From NCBI GenBank assembly GCA_026770705.1, contig JANJGN010000005.1, positions 166,904,001-166,968,000 on the forward strand: DNA of 64,000 nt, given 5' to 3'. This stretch comes from Isurus oxyrinchus. Its lineage: Eukaryota. The notes under the pieces were generated by a model. It saw nothing but the letters and a program-made list of their open reading frames with translations. It ran no database searches and was not told where the DNA came from. Made by a program: the position numbers and the translations under genes. Shown one piece after another: positions 24,859-37,849 of the stretch; position 1 is the first letter of the stretch, and each line of letters opens with the position of its first letter.

Positions 24859-26650
24859 GGCTGGGATTTACAGCTCCGGGCCTATGACCTATGGCGGGGA
24901 CAGGAATTCAGAGGGACTTCCGCCGCAGAGCCTAGTGGGAAAATGTGCCAAATCGCATGATGTTGGGCTGATTAATCATGCAGCTGGTGGTTTCCCAGGG
25001 AACCATGCGGTGGATCGGGCAGGAAGTTGACATCGTCATATCCGGGCGCCATATTTAAAAGGCATTCAGGCAGCTACTCACATTGCGCATTGGAGTTCGG
25101 AGCTGGACATGGCAGGCAGGTGTGCACAGACATCGGCCCCAAGATTCGGCCATGCTGGACACACTTCCTCAAGCAGTGGAGGACAGGAGCGAGGTCCTTT
25201 ATCCAAGGCATGGGAGGAGGAAGTTCAACTGTCTCACCACCCCTGCAACTCACCACTCAGGATGGCGAATGCCATTTCAACTCATAGGAGTGCTGCCCTG
25301 CAGTGCAGGAAAAGAATAAGTGACCTCATCTGCACTGCCAGGGTAAGTGACGCCTCCACACTCCAGACTCACCTCGCTAATTGGGAACTTGGACCTGGAC
25401 ATCAATGGCAAGGCCACCATCTGTGCTGCCCTTGCATAGAAGCCCTTTGCAAGGTGCTGGGGTGCTGCCTTATAATCCCTCGGCAGTCCATGTGGTCTGC
25501 TGGTAGGGAGGCAACTGCGGGTCACTGACCCAGCAACACTGAAGGCACAAATTTGGAGCAGGAGGGTGCTGGTTAGCATAGAGGGCAGACACTGCTACTG
25601 CTGCCATGTCTCTGTTGTCCTGTCCTACTAGCTACTGGGGCTTGTGGGTTTGGAGGGTGCTGCTGAAGTACCGATGCAACAGCACATCTTTCATATGGCA
25701 CACAATTGCCAATGGGTTGGTGATGGAGACTGGCAGGATGCCTACCCCATAACCCTGCAGCCCATCACTGTGATTGTTCACATGCTCTCCCTCCCCAATG
25801 AGCCCACCTCAGTCACAGTCCTCTTGCCCAGCCTAATCGTCCCCACCGCTAGGATTCATGGCCACCTCTGAGTCCCCTCCAAAAACCTTACCTGACCCTT
25901 CACCCGCCCAAAACAGACACCCATCCTCCCACCCTACCTCATCTCATAGACCTCTTTAGCTGTAACTGTTCCCTCCCACCTCTAGTACCTTTGGTTTGCT
26001 CTCAGGATTCAGCGATTGACACCACCAACCCCTCTCTCTTCCCCTGGATCTTTTTGCCCCTCAGGGTCCCCTGCTGTTTCTCCCCAAATCATGATCCCCT
26101 GCTGTCCAGTGGCCTTTACAATGCTCCCCGGTTCCTTCCCACCACCCCTAACCAACCCCTTCCGCAAGACGGCTCGCTTACACCCCACCCCCCCATTCTG
26201 ACATCTTCGCCTGCCCTCTCCTCCCCTCCCCATGCTCCATCAAACCCACTGCCCATCCTGGTTGCCGCACACCTTCCACCTGCCCCAGCCATCCACCTGT
26301 CCCAGCCATCCACCTGTCCCAGCCATCCTCTGCTCCAACTATCCAACTGCTCCAGCTATCCGCTTGCTCCAGCCTGCAATCCTGGTAAGTCTCGACATGT
26401 GCATGTTGGTCCAGTTGTGTTTCGGACTGGCATGCACTCTGCTGGTGGGGTGGATGATCGGGTGGTTGGGGGTGGCGAGGGGAAAGTTCCGGTTGGTAAT
26501 TTGAATCCCGCTAATGATATGTTAAACGGCTTCCCGATGGCCTTTGTTGGGATTAGCGACCAACCATTATCCTGCCACGACTGTTAGGCCTGCAAGTCCA
26601 CCCCCGCCTGACAAGAACCCTACTGCTGGCTGCAGGGGTCAATTCCAGCC
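24859..26650 (+). mobile_element. Internally deleted Harbinger-type element with Myb/SANT exon 1
   Basis: TIRs ggctgggattt / aattccagcc; flanks CAT and CAT; peptide APRF...MLDTLPQAVEDRSEVLYPRHGRR...QCRKRISDLICTAR with donor gtaagt at 25343. Confidence 0.75.
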
Positions 26651-26934
26651 CATTATTCAAAAAAGGAGAGAAGTTAAAACTGGGCAGTTATAACTTAGGC
26701 TGAGGAGGGTGAAGAGAGATCATGCACTATCATCTCAGTCACAGGTATGGTCATTTGCAACTTTAATTAGGGCCATTTCTTTGCCTGAGAGAAATTCAGA
26801 TGAGGTAGTTTCAAACATGAAGCTGTGGGAAAGATGGACAATGGTTTTGCAGACAACAACTGTAGTTTTAAAGGGACAGATTGATCATGTGTGTTTTTTT
26901 TTCCCAGAGGTGGGTGCAGGCAACAGTTTTGAAT

Positions 26935-27203
26935 AACAGGGGACAGTATCTGGGAACAGGGGACAATATCTGGGAACAGGGGACAGTATCTGGGGAACAG
27001 GGCACTGTAGCTGGGAACAGGGGACAATATCTGGGAACAGGGGACAGTATCTGGGAACAGGGGACAATATCTGGGAACAGGGGACAGTATCTGGGAACAG
27101 GGGACAATATCTGGGAACAGGGGACAGTATCTGGGGAACAGGGCACTGTATCTGGGAACAGGGGACAGTATCTGGGAACAGGGCACAGTATCTGGGAACA
27201 GGG
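26935..27203. repeat. 20-bp minisatellite (ggggacagtatctgggaaca) x ~13
   Basis: Near-perfect tandem units alternating cagta and caata. Confidence 0.95.
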
Positions 27204-27473
27204 AAGTGTTTGCAGTTTCAGCTAGCATAGGAGCCAAGAAAAAGGTCAGAATTTTAATGGGAATAGGGTTGAGAGTGCAGGAGGTGAGTCTCATGGGCTG
27301 GAGCTCGGAAAGAGCACGAGGTGAGATAGGAGATAAAGTGTGAGGGGGGTTCAGAGCTCGGACATGGGGAAACCTCAGGTGAAGCTTGACTTGGTGGTCT
27401 CGGGGAAGGGGAATGTGGCAGACACAGATGAATGGTTGTTCTCAATCTTAATGTCGAAGAAGTTTATGAGTTT

Positions 27474-27607
27474 ACGTAAAAGCAAAATACCGCAGTTGCT
27501 GGAATCTGAAATAAAATAGAAAATGCTGGAAAAACTCAGCCGGTCTGGCAGCATCTTTGAAGAGAGAAGCAGGATTGACGCTTTGAGTCCAATATGAAGC
27601 TTTTATA
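27474..27607 (-). mobile_element. Penelope-like terminal repeat fragment
   Basis: aaaagcaaaatac...gctggaaaaactcagc...ggcagcatc matches the reverse complement of 41730-41841; 9-bp flank repeat tatgagttt. Confidence 0.8.
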
Positions 27608-27896
27608 TATGAGTTTTTGCACTTGTTATTGGAGGTGAGGGTAGGAGGACAGGGCTGAGAAGTGTAAGGGAATGATTGGCAGTAGAGAAAATAAACCCAG
27701 GATTAGCCATCTACGTGTCTGTCCATCCATCAATCTGGCCAGAGTTTGCAGGCTCCCCCAGACCATTCCTACACTCTTGTTAATAATAGATGGAATTTAA
27801 TGCAGAAAGTGTGAGGTGGTGCATTTTGGTAGAAAGAATGAGAAAAGTCAATGAAAACTAAGTGGTATATTTTTAATGAGAGTACACAGAGACATG

Positions 27897-28337
27897 GGGA
27901 AAAATTTTACCCCCATTTGGGGGGTTGTGCGGGGGTGGGCGCGAACCCAATCGGCGCCTTCGATTGGGGACGTGCCGCCATTTTATGCAGGTGGGCCAAT
28001 TAAGGCCCGCCCATCGTGATGTGCACCCAGAAGTGCTGTGCGCTCCCTGTGCGGTTGGCGGGGGTTGGTGGGGGGGGGCGGGGAGGCGATTCCCTGAGTG
28101 GTTCCCTGCGCTCTTTTGCGCATACGCGCGAATGAGTGCAGAGACCTCTCCGAGGCACGGAGATCAGGATGGCAGCTCATTTAATTGAGTTAATGGCTAT
28201 TTAAATGGCCTTAATAGGCCTTTGACAGTCCGACGAGACAATCTAACTGACACGCGGTGACATTGGGATGCATGCCTGACATCACCATCCATCATTTTCC
28301 ACGTCGGTCCCCGCTCACCGACAGGAGAATTCTGCCC
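27897..28337 (+). mobile_element. Harbinger-like MITE family A, copy 3 (internally deleted)
   Basis: TIRs gggaaaaatttt / gaattctgccc; flanks ATG and CTG (one mismatch). Confidence 0.85.
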
Positions 28338-28729
28338 CTGGTGTTGTATGCAAACAAATTTTGAAGGTGCAAGGACAAGTGAGAAGGCTGTTAAAAAGGA
28401 ATACAGGATCCTTGGCTTTATAAATCGAGGTTGAAATTGCCAAAGCCAGAAAGTTATGCAAAATGTATATAAAACACTGGTTAGGACCCAGCTGGAGCAC
28501 CACACTTTAGGAAGGATCTCAAGGGCTTGGAGAGAGAACTGTCACTGCGAAGAATTCCTAGAATGGTCATATTTATGCAGGCCTTCAGTTTTGTAGAGAA
28601 ACGAGAAAAGTTAGGATTGTTTGGAAGGCTAAGGGAACATCTGAAAGAAGTCTTGAAAATCTAAAACATTTTAATAGAGTAAATAAGAAGAAACTATTTT
28701 CAGCGACAAGAGGGTCAGCAACCAAGGAA

Positions 28730-29068
28730 TATGGATGCACTGCAGGAACTCACCGCTTAGACAGCACCTTCCAAACTCATGGTCACTACCATTTAGAAGG
28801 ACAAGGGCAGCAAATACATGGGGCTGCCACCACCTAGATGTTCCCCTCCAAGCCACTCACTATCTTGACTTGGAAATATATCCTTCACTGTCTCCGGGTC
28901 AAAATCCTGGAACTTCCTCCCTAACAACACTGTGGATGTACCTAGACCACATAGACTGCAGCGGTTCAAGGAGGCAGCTCACTACCACCTTTTCAAGAGC
29001 CACTAGGGATGGGAAATAAATAATGGCCTAGCCAGTGATGTTCACAGACCTTAATTAAAAAAAAAACT
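28730..29068 (+). mobile_element. Family A LINE 3' end with poly(A)
   Basis: MHCRNSPLRQHLPN...WGCHHLDVPLQ matches 7541-7948; poly(A) at ~29057. Confidence 0.85.
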
Positions 29069-30221
29069 AAAGTAATTGGCAAAAGAACCAGAGGCAAAAT
29101 GAAGAACAAAATATTTATGTATCAAATTGTGATCTGGAATACAACCTGAAAGGTTCAATAGTAACATTCAAAAGGAAATTGGATAAGCACTTGAAGGGGT
29201 AAAATATTACAAAGCTATGTGGAAATAGAAGGCGAGTGACATGAACTGGATAGCCCTTTCAAAGAACTTGTACAGGAACAATGGGCTGAATGGCCTCCTT
29301 TTGTGTTGTGTCATTCTATGATTCTAAGAAGTGGGAATTTGTAAAAGTGTTAAACCTTAACCAATTAGCTTTTCCCTTCACATACAATGCTGTTCTGTAT
29401 TTTCAGTTTTGCCTCATTTTTATTTCAGGTTTCCTATTTGTGATGATGTTTATTTGCTTATTAAAGGAGCTGTAAAGTGACCTCTACAATACTAATGTGC
29501 GTTTCACCTCAGGGAGCAATGGAACTTCTAAATACAAGCTACTGAGTTCAGTAATGTTTGACAAGTCAATGTTAACTTAATATTGGAACTTGCTTGGCGA
29601 GCACCCCAATCTCAGTATTTCATGATGTAATTGGTACAAGATGAAAGAGGACATTGCTGCGACCTTTGAAATTCTTCAGTAAAAGTGGTAATAGAGTAAA
29701 TCCAATTTATTTCCCTGCAAGTGCTCTGTGAATGTGTGCTCAGTGTTTTTACCTGGTGATTTGTATTGGTAACAGTGTGTGTCGCGTGTGCTGTACATCC
29801 TAATATTGAACTTCACCCAGCTACTTCTTCAGGAGTGAGATGGCTGGCTGTTGGGTGTTTTGTGGAAGTACTCATGATTGTAATGACCCTCTGACTCCTT
29901 GTTCATCAACCATCCCTACAACTGCTTGCACCAAGACCAATGCCGTGGAAAGGGTTTGGATAGGAATTGTGTGACAGGGTCTTGAGAGATTACAGCCTCT
30001 TCAATGCCATCTCCGGCCATTCTAATGTAGCTTAATGGCACCTAAGGAGGCCTCTTGCCTCCATGGTTGCTCTTTGTCAGCATAATTCAAAACAAATTTC
30101 AATGTCCCTTTCTCTCAGCATTGCCTTATATCTTCTTTTGTTCAAATATTTAATCAATTTTCTGCTAACAGGTGCCTCAATCATTCTCTGTGCCAAAGTC
30201 TCCCTGATTCCAAAAACAAGG

Positions 30222-30570
30222 ATAAAACAAAACTTGCCTTTATATGGTGCCTTTCGGGATACCCCAAAGTGCTTCACAGCCAAAGTATGTTTGTTGTTGT
30301 ATAGGAAGTAAATTGGGTAACTAATTTGCACATAAGGACCCTACAATAGCAATAAGGTAAATGATAAATTAAAAATTCATTTTTGGAGTGTTGGTTGAAA
30401 AATAATTGCTGGTCATGGCAGCTCTTCTCCCTATAGTGTAATGCCAATCCCTGAACAGGCAGATGGGGCCTCAGTTTAATAACTCATCCAAAAATGTCAC
30501 CTCTGATAACACAATACTCCATCAGTGTTGCCCTGAAATGCCAACTTAGATTAACTGTTCAAGTCCTACA
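30222..30570 (-). mobile_element. DeuSINE (AmnSINE1/SacSINE1-like) fragment
   Basis: L2-like tail plus core gcagatggggcctcagtttaa...tcatcc...cacctctgataac...tactccatcagt; recognised from memory of the DeuSINE consensus. Confidence 0.6.
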
Positions 30571-31649
30571 TAGCAAAATTTCTTTTAACCTCACTCCTCA
30601 CCCTCCTCGTGACAATTTGTAATTGTATTTCCTAATTCCCTCACCCAAGCAAATAATCTTTTTGTATTCTCTTTGTTAGAGTCCTTCATAATTTTAAAAA
30701 GCCTCTGTTAAATTTCCACTAAGTCTTCCTTGTAGTATGGGAAATATTCCCAGTACCTCTAGCCATTTCTCATAACTGGAGTTTTCCATCTGGCATCATC
30801 GTGTCGTCATTGCTTTAGGGTTTCTAAAAATGTAAACAGCATTCAAATTGTGGCCTGAGCAACGTTTTGTCCAAAGTGACCTTTACTATTGTAATTTTTG
30901 CCATTGTGCTGAAGTTAACAAGTGACTTGATAATTTGCAATTATTGCTTGTTACCTTTAAATAGCATTGATAAAGGGTCCCACCAACCAAGTAGCAGTAA
31001 GAGTTGCTAGGTGAGTTTAGGACATGGAAAGTCTTTCACTGGAGGCTGCCAAAATTGGAGAAGGCCCCTCCATGAAGCGCTGGAACCTAACTTGAATAGG
31101 TTTACATTATTCTAAATAGTTCAGGCAGAAAGTCCACATTAGTGTGGGGAAAAGGCTGAGCCAATTTGGCAGGTGGCACACTTCTGAATCAAAATAAGTG
31201 TCAGATTCCTTCCAGCTATAATGTAGACTTAGATGCCAATTTATGGGCAAAAAGCAGGCATAGCATACCAAATTTCTGGACCCATTTGCTTTATTACTGC
31301 CCAGTTAACATCAATGAGACTTGTTGAATATGGTAACAAATCTCTTGAAAGGAGTGTGACAATTAACCTATCAAAACTAGAATGAAGAGCGGAATGTTGG
31401 GCCTTAGTCCCTGCCAGAATAGCGGGATCATTTCCACATCTGGAACTGTATTTCCTAATGGATGGACTTTGGTGAAGTTCTTTTCCAGAGCCATGGCATT
31501 TACATTCTACTTCAGGGCTCCCTGATTAATAAGGGAGGGTAGGTGGGATGATGCATTCATCTTGGCAAAGGAAGGATTTCTAATTAAAACGACCACAGCA
31601 TGGATTATAAGAGCTCATCAGCTTTTGACTTTTGAGGCTGCAGCAACCA

Positions 31650-32480
31650 CAGGAATGCAAAGGAGACCTAGGAAGGTTGTTCCCCAGGCCTCTCTCTCTT
31701 CCCTGGAGGTGCTGTTGCAGGGTCTGATGGATTGCAGTGAAGTGATCTCCCCCAAAGAAGGCAGGAAAAGGAAAACCTGTCCAAATGGATGGACATAGCC
31801 AAGGAAGTGAACAGCAGGAGTATATGATCCCTCTAAACTGGAGACAGTGCACCAAGGTGATCCAGGACCTCAGGAGGTCATGACAAGTGAGTGGTATGAC
31901 ACTTTCAGGTGCCAAGCCCCACACTCTGACTTGCCCAGCATTCTCCTACACAGCACCCCTCAGGACCACACACTTTGCAGCTCCACTCATTCTTCTCTCT
32001 CCCCAGGTAGCCCACATCCCCATCTCAACAGCTAACACTCACATTCACAACCTCAGACTAATGTCTTCCCGTAGCCATACCTCATAGTGAACCTTCCACA
32101 AAGGATGTCCTTTAGCCTTTCCACACAAGTCATAATTAAACACTCACAACTCTCTGCTTTCTCTCCTTGCAGGAGGAGAAAGCACACAACTTGGCCACAG
32201 GCAGAAAACCACAAGGGGACGGGGGTGTGGAGGAGGGGTGGCGAAGGGTGCTCGTAGCCCTCCAGCGACTTTGTCAGCAATGCATGCCAGCCTGGTCCAG
32301 AAAGTAGACCCTGTGCTGGGAATCTCAACATCTTCCACCTCGATCTTCATCCTCCCGAGCTATGGAAGGCCATATGGCTGAGCAAAGGTGAAGCTGATGC
32401 TGCTGCTGGTGTTGCTCCTCCTGCTGCTGCTAGAGCAGGTGGCAAGGATGTGGCATCTCTCTTGCCCCTCAGCAGAGGTG
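31650..32480 (+). mobile_element. Harbinger relic: Myb/SANT exons 1-2 (+) converging on a probable nuclease N-terminus (-)
   Basis: SLEVLLQGLMDCSEVISPKEGRKR and WMDIAKEVNSRS...WRQCTKVIQDL; donor gtgagt 31887, acceptor 32172; minus-strand FPAQG / PQHRVY-like and Gln-rich stretch at 32250-32440. Confidence 0.6.
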
Positions 32481-32494
32481 AAAGGTAGAAATAC

Positions 32495-32592
32495 CCAAAG
32501 AAGAGTCATATTCGACTTTAAATGTTAACCCTGCTCTCTCCATAGATGCTGACAGGCCTGCTGAGTATTTCCAGCACTTTCTGTTTTTATTG
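32495..32592 (+). mobile_element. Penelope-like terminal repeat fragment
   Basis: aagagtcatattcgact...agatgctgacaggcctgctgagtatttccagca. Confidence 0.75.
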
Positions 32593-32659
32593 CAAACACT
32601 CTGGTTCATCCTCAGAGTTGCCAGAGAGAGAGAGAGAGAGAGAGGTGTGGAGTTAGTAG

Positions 32660-32890
32660 TTAGGAAATGGAGCCTGTGACAGGGATAAAGATAGCTTTAG
32701 TCTTCCCAATATTTAACAGGAGGTTATTTTTTTTTTCTTCTCCAGTGCTGGATGTCAGACAAGCAGTCTGGAAATTTAGAGAAAGTGGAGGGGTCTGGAG
32801 AGGTGATAGTGATGTAGAGCGGTGGAAACTGACACTGTCTTTTTGGATGTTGTTTTCAGAGGGGCAGCATGTAGATGATAATAGACAGGT
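32660..32890 (-). mobile_element. L2-type RT fragment
   Basis: Minus-strand NNLLLNIGKTKAIF; preceded by (AG)n at ~32623-32644. Confidence 0.6.
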
Positions 32891-32949
32891 ATCCTCAGTA
32901 AAGCCAGTAATTAATGAACAGAATGACGCACTGCTGAGAGCTGCTGGCA

Positions 32950-33860
32950 GTTCCTTTGAACAATGGTATTCAGGGTCATGATGGTGGTAGTCTGAGCTTT
33001 CGTTGCAGCACTCAGACCTTTGATGGAAACTATTCATGCTGCAATGGGAGCTGTGACATCAGCCACCAAATTTTGCAGTTGGCAGGTTCTGGAGATGTGC
33101 TGATGGAAGTGATGGCCCATCTCATGTTAGAAAGGATGGGCTCCAGGTTCTGCACAAAGCTCTGTGCCAAACTGGTGCTGAACTCTTCCAGGCTTCTTGA
33201 CATTGAACACAAACTTACTGGTAGGTTTTCCAATGCACCAAGCATTACACCCATCAGCTTTTGACTACAGTGTGGCCCATTTTAGCTCTCTTCTGAGCTT
33301 GCTGCGACAGAAGATTTTGGACCCTCCAGCCCCCACCCCCTCCCCACCCTCACACTCAATGAGCTAGAACCTGTACTATGCTTCCCCCTACAGTTGTGTC
33401 TGGTGTTTCATCATGCATGGATCCCCCCCTCTATCTTAACCTCTAAAATACATTCATGTCGGTTTTAGCCAGTGGCTGTGAGTAAAGTGCACATGATGGT
33501 ATCTTCATCTTCCCGGATTTCTTCCCTTTCCTCAACTGACAGTGGAGGCTGCTGTTCTTGGGTATCAGAAATTAAAAAGGACATTGAGTTGTAGTGACAG
33601 GAGAAGAGAAAGTGCTTATACCATCTGTAGCTTCCAATCGGAAGAGATTGAGGGAAGAAGGAGAAGCCGGATTAGGCATGCTGATGTCCTCCCTACCAAT
33701 TGCTTCAGCCATGGCCTCAGTGATTCCCTTTCTGTGTTGCCAGCTCTGCCTCCTCCATTGAGGTTAACACACACAGGTGTGCTTATCCTCCTACTGTTCT
33801 TTGCTGTTGCCTGCTGTTAAATGCCACCAGAAAGATGGAAATGTGTCAGTGAATATCATG
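32950..33860 (-). pseudogene. Harbinger Myb/SANT partner gene, downstream exons (decayed)
   Basis: MLGALENLPVSLCSMSRSLEEFSTSLAQSF...ILSNM resembles the C-terminal block of the 2313-2681 and 48041-48415 copies. Confidence 0.5.
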
Positions 33861-34084
33861 GAATCATTTTGGGTGCTGTGGCCAACATTGATGAATAGCT
33901 GCCAGTTTGTGGGAGATATGAGTTGTGGGTTTGAGGTTTTCAGCAGAGCTGAGTATATGAGGGAGAAGTAAAGCATATGGATTTTTGGGTTGTTTACTGA
34001 TTGGTAGAGATTGTTGACAGATGGGTGATGAGGTTGTAGTGAATTAAACAGTAAGCGACACTAGTCATACATCTGGTAGGATGG

Positions 34085-37000
34085 CTTTTTACTTAAATAC
34101 ACATAGTATTTGGAACAAAATAAATAAATTAATGGCACAATTATAGGTTAATGGATATGATCATATAGCCATTACAGAGACATGGGGCTGAATTTTGCCA
34201 TCAGCAAGCAGGGGGTGGGGCCTGCTCGATGATGCACAAATGACACCCCATTTAAATCTTTAGGAAGCAGGGGCACAGCGAAATCAACTATGACAGGATA
34301 ATTAAAATAATTAAAGGACCTGCCCGTCCAACCTTAAGGCTGGCGGGCAGGCCAGGAACCTCGGTGGTCTTCTAAAAAAACACAAAATCTCATCCGCCGG
34401 CAGGATGAGATTTCATGTTGGGTTTAAAAGACTTTAATAAGGCTTTAGTGAAATTTATTAACATGTCCCATCTCGTGTGACATTGTCACATGAGGGGGAC
34501 ATGTGAAGGATATTTTTATTTTTCTACTTTTAATCTTTGTACAACTTTCAGCGATCTCCCTGAGGCAGCACTTAGCCTCAGGGAGATGTGTGCTCTTTTG
34601 TGTGCATGTGCGAAAGAGTGCACTCTCGCATTTGGGGAATACCTCTGCCCTCACAGGAAGCGCACAGCGCTTCCCACTGGATGTCACGCTGGGCGGGCCT
34701 TAATTGGTCTGCCTACTTAAAATGGCGGCGGGGCCCACTTCTCCAGTGAGGATCGGTTCCTCACCTGCCAGAGATTGGGTCAGGCCTGCCCGCCCACCTG
34801 GTAGGCATAAAATTCTGCCCATGGTTACAAGGAGATCAAAGCTGGGAACTAAATATTCAGAGGTATGTGACTTTTCAAAAGGACAGACAGGAAGGAAAGG
34901 GTGGGGAGGTAGCTTTATTGTACGAGATGCAATAAGTATGATAGCAGTAATGATCTTGGATCGGAAGATGTGAAATCCATATGGGTGGAGGTAAGAAATA
35001 ACAAGGGGAGGACGACACTGGCAGGAGTTGTCTATAGGCCCCCTAACAGCAGCTATACTGTTGGACAGAGGATAAATCAGGAAATAATGAGAGCATGTAA
35101 AAAAGGCAGTATATTAATCATGGGCGACTTTAATCTTCATGTAGATTGGGAAAATCAAATTGACAGAGGTAACCAATAGCAAGAATTCATAGACTGTATT
35201 TGGGACAGTCTCTTAGAACAATAAGTTGTGGACCCAACCAGGGATCAGGCTATATTGGATCTGGCAATGTGTAAGGAGGCACGTTTAATAAATGATCCCA
35301 AAGTAAAATATCCACTAGGAAATAGCGACCATTGTTTGGTGGAATTTAGCATTCAATTTGAGAGTGAGAAACTTAGTTTGGAAACAACTGTGCTAAACTT
35401 AAATAAGGGTAATTACAAAGGAATGAGGGCAGAGTTGCTTGGAGTGGACAGGGAAGCAGTTTAGCAGAAAAGATGGTCGATGAACAATGGTAGACATTTA
35501 AGAAAATAGTTCATGACTCACAACAAAGGTATATCCCAGTGAGGAAGTAAGATGTAGGAAGGTGATAAATCAACCATGGCTAATCAAGGAAGTTAAGGAT
35601 AGTATCAAAGTGAAAGAAAAAACATACAATGTGGCAAAGATTAGTGATAAGCCAGCGGATTGAAAAAATTTTAAAAACCAACAGAAGATGACCAAAAAAT
35701 AATAAGGGAGAAAATAAACTTTGAGGGTTAATTAGGAAGTAATATAAAAAGAGTAAGAGCTTCTTTAAATATATAGAAAGGAAGTGAGAGCCAAAGTCAA
35801 AATAGGCCCCTTAAATAATGAGACTGGGGAAATAATAAAGGGGAGCTAAGAAATGACAGACGAGTTGAATAAATACTTTGCATCAGTCTTCACGGCAGAC
35901 GATACTAATAGCATACCAAAAATACTAAATAATCATGGAGCAAAATGGGGTTGGGGGGGGGGGCGGGGGTGGGAGGAGGAAATAAATACAATAAGTATCA
36001 CTATAGAAAAAGTACTAGGGAAACTAATGGGGCTAATGGCTGATAAGTCTCCTGGGCTTGATGGGTTACATCCTAGGATATTAAAGGAAGTAGCAACACA
36101 AATAGTGGATGCACTTGCAGTAATCTTCCAAGAATCCTTAGAGCCTGGAAAAGTCCCAGAGGATTGAGAAACTGCCAATGTAACACCCTTATTCAAAAAG
36201 GGAAGGAGACAAAAAAGCAGGTAACTATAAGCCAGTTAGCTTAACATCTGTCATTGGGAAAGTGTTAGAATCTATTATAAAGGATGTAATAGCGAGCATT
36301 TAGCAATGCATAATATAACTAAGCAGAGTCAGCATGGCTTCATGAAGGGGAAATCATGCCTGACAAATGTATTAGAATTCTTTGAGGAGGTGACAAGCAG
36401 GATTGATAAAGGGGAACAGGTAGATGTAATATATTTGCATTTCCAAAAGGCGCTTCATAAGGTACTACACATAATCTTATTTAATAGGACGAGAGCTCAT
36501 GGTGTTGGGGACAGTATATCAGCATGGATAGAGGATTGGCTAACTATTAGAAGACAGAGTTGGGATACAGTGGCATTAATGACTTGGATGAGGGAAATGA
36601 ATGTACCATCACCATGTTTGCAGATGACACAAAAATAGGTGGGAAGGCAAGTGCTGGGGATGAAGCAAGGAGTCTACAGCAGGATTAATGACAGATTAAG
36701 TGAATGAGCAAAAACGGGGCAGATGGAATATAATGCGGGAAAATGCGAGGTTATGCACTTTGGCAGGAAGAATAAAGGAGCTGAATATTATTTAAATGCA
36801 GAAAGACTGAAGAAAGCTACAGCACAGAGGGATTTGGGCGTCCTCATCCAACAATTCCAAAAAGCTAACATACAAGTTCAGCAGGTAATAGGGAAGGCGA
36901 ATGGAATGTTGGCCTTTATTTCAAAGGGAATGGACTATAAAAAATAGGCAAGTCTTGCTAAAACTATAAAGGCACCAGTTGTACCACATCTAGAATACTG

Positions 37001-37556
37001 TGAACAGTTTTAGTCCCCTTATCTAAGGAAAGACAAACTGTCATTGGAGGCAGTCCAAAGAAGGTTCACTGGTTTGATCCCTGGAATGAAGGGATTTTCT
37101 TATGAGGAGAGGCTGAGTAGGTTGGGCCTGTACTCATTGGAGTTTAGAAGAATGAGAGATGACCTAATTGAAACATATAAGATTCTTAAAGGACTTAAAA
37201 GGGTAGATGCTGAGAGACTGTTTCCCCTTGTGGGTGAGTCTAGGATGAGGGACCATAATCTCAGAGTGAGGGGTCACCCATTTAAGGCAGAGATGAGGAG
37301 GAATTTCTTCTCTCAGAGGGTTGTTAATCTGTGGAATTCTTTACCACAGATGATTGTAAAGGCTGGGTTGTTAAGTATATTCATGGCTGAGACAGACAGG
37401 TTTATAATCAGTAAGGGAATCAAGGATTATGGGGTAAAGGCAGGAGAGTGGAGTTGAGGATTATCAGATCAGCCATGATCTCATTGAATGACGGAGCAGA
37501 CTTGATGGTCTGAATGGTCTGCTTCTGCTCCTACCTTTTATGGTCTTGTGGTCTTA
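34085..37556 (+). mobile_element. CR1 LINE (family B) essentially complete ORF2, decayed
   Basis: APE AITETW|LQG, VYRPPN, MGDFN, LGNSDH; RT KSPGLDGLHPRILKE, QHGFMKGKSCLTN; C-terminal NFFSQRVVNLWNSLP; tail tatggtctt. Confidence 0.92.
34185..34820 (-). mobile_element. Harbinger-like MITE family A, copy 4
   Basis: TIRs gggctgaatttt / aaaattctgccc; TSD ATG; splits the ETW codons of the CR1 endonuclease. Confidence 0.92.
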
Positions 37557-37849
37557 CCTTGCTGCAAGCTCTCTCCCATGTTCAGGCATTGTTCAGTGTA
37601 TCAGCGCACATTCAGTTTTCAAATGATTCACACCACATCTTGCAACCAAAATGCACCTCCCAATTATGAGGTTCGGGGTGCACTAACCACACATGATTCC
37701 AGGCCCCCTGCTGATGCATGCAGCCAATGAATACAGTGGGTAGTGCTGGCTGCACATAATAATCATATAAAAGAGCAGGCAGCAGCAATTGCCATGCTGC
37801 CTACAGCATGATGAGCAGGTGTATTTTCATCATTGACTCCAATCCCCAT

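Larger units (their letters stand above)
26690..27720 (-). mobile_element. L2-type LINE fragment
   Basis: MRLTSCTLNPIPIKILTFFLAPMLAETANTSL resembles the L2 pre-RT region. Confidence 0.65.
27785..29325 (+). mobile_element. CR1 LINE 3' fragment with nested MITE and family A LINE end
   Basis: gatggaatttaatgcagaaagtgtgaggtggtgcattttgg and LVRTQLEH-like motif; tail gggctgaatggcctcct. Confidence 0.75.

Noticed and set aside
25991-26587. 198-aa Pro-rich ORF
   Set aside because: C-rich low-complexity interior of a Harbinger relic; stop-poor by composition.
26767-27294. Long repetitive ORFs (175, 114 and 92 aa) and a possible CRISPR-like array
   Set aside because: Products of a spacer-less 20-bp minisatellite in an L2 relic; no unique spacers, eukaryotic context.
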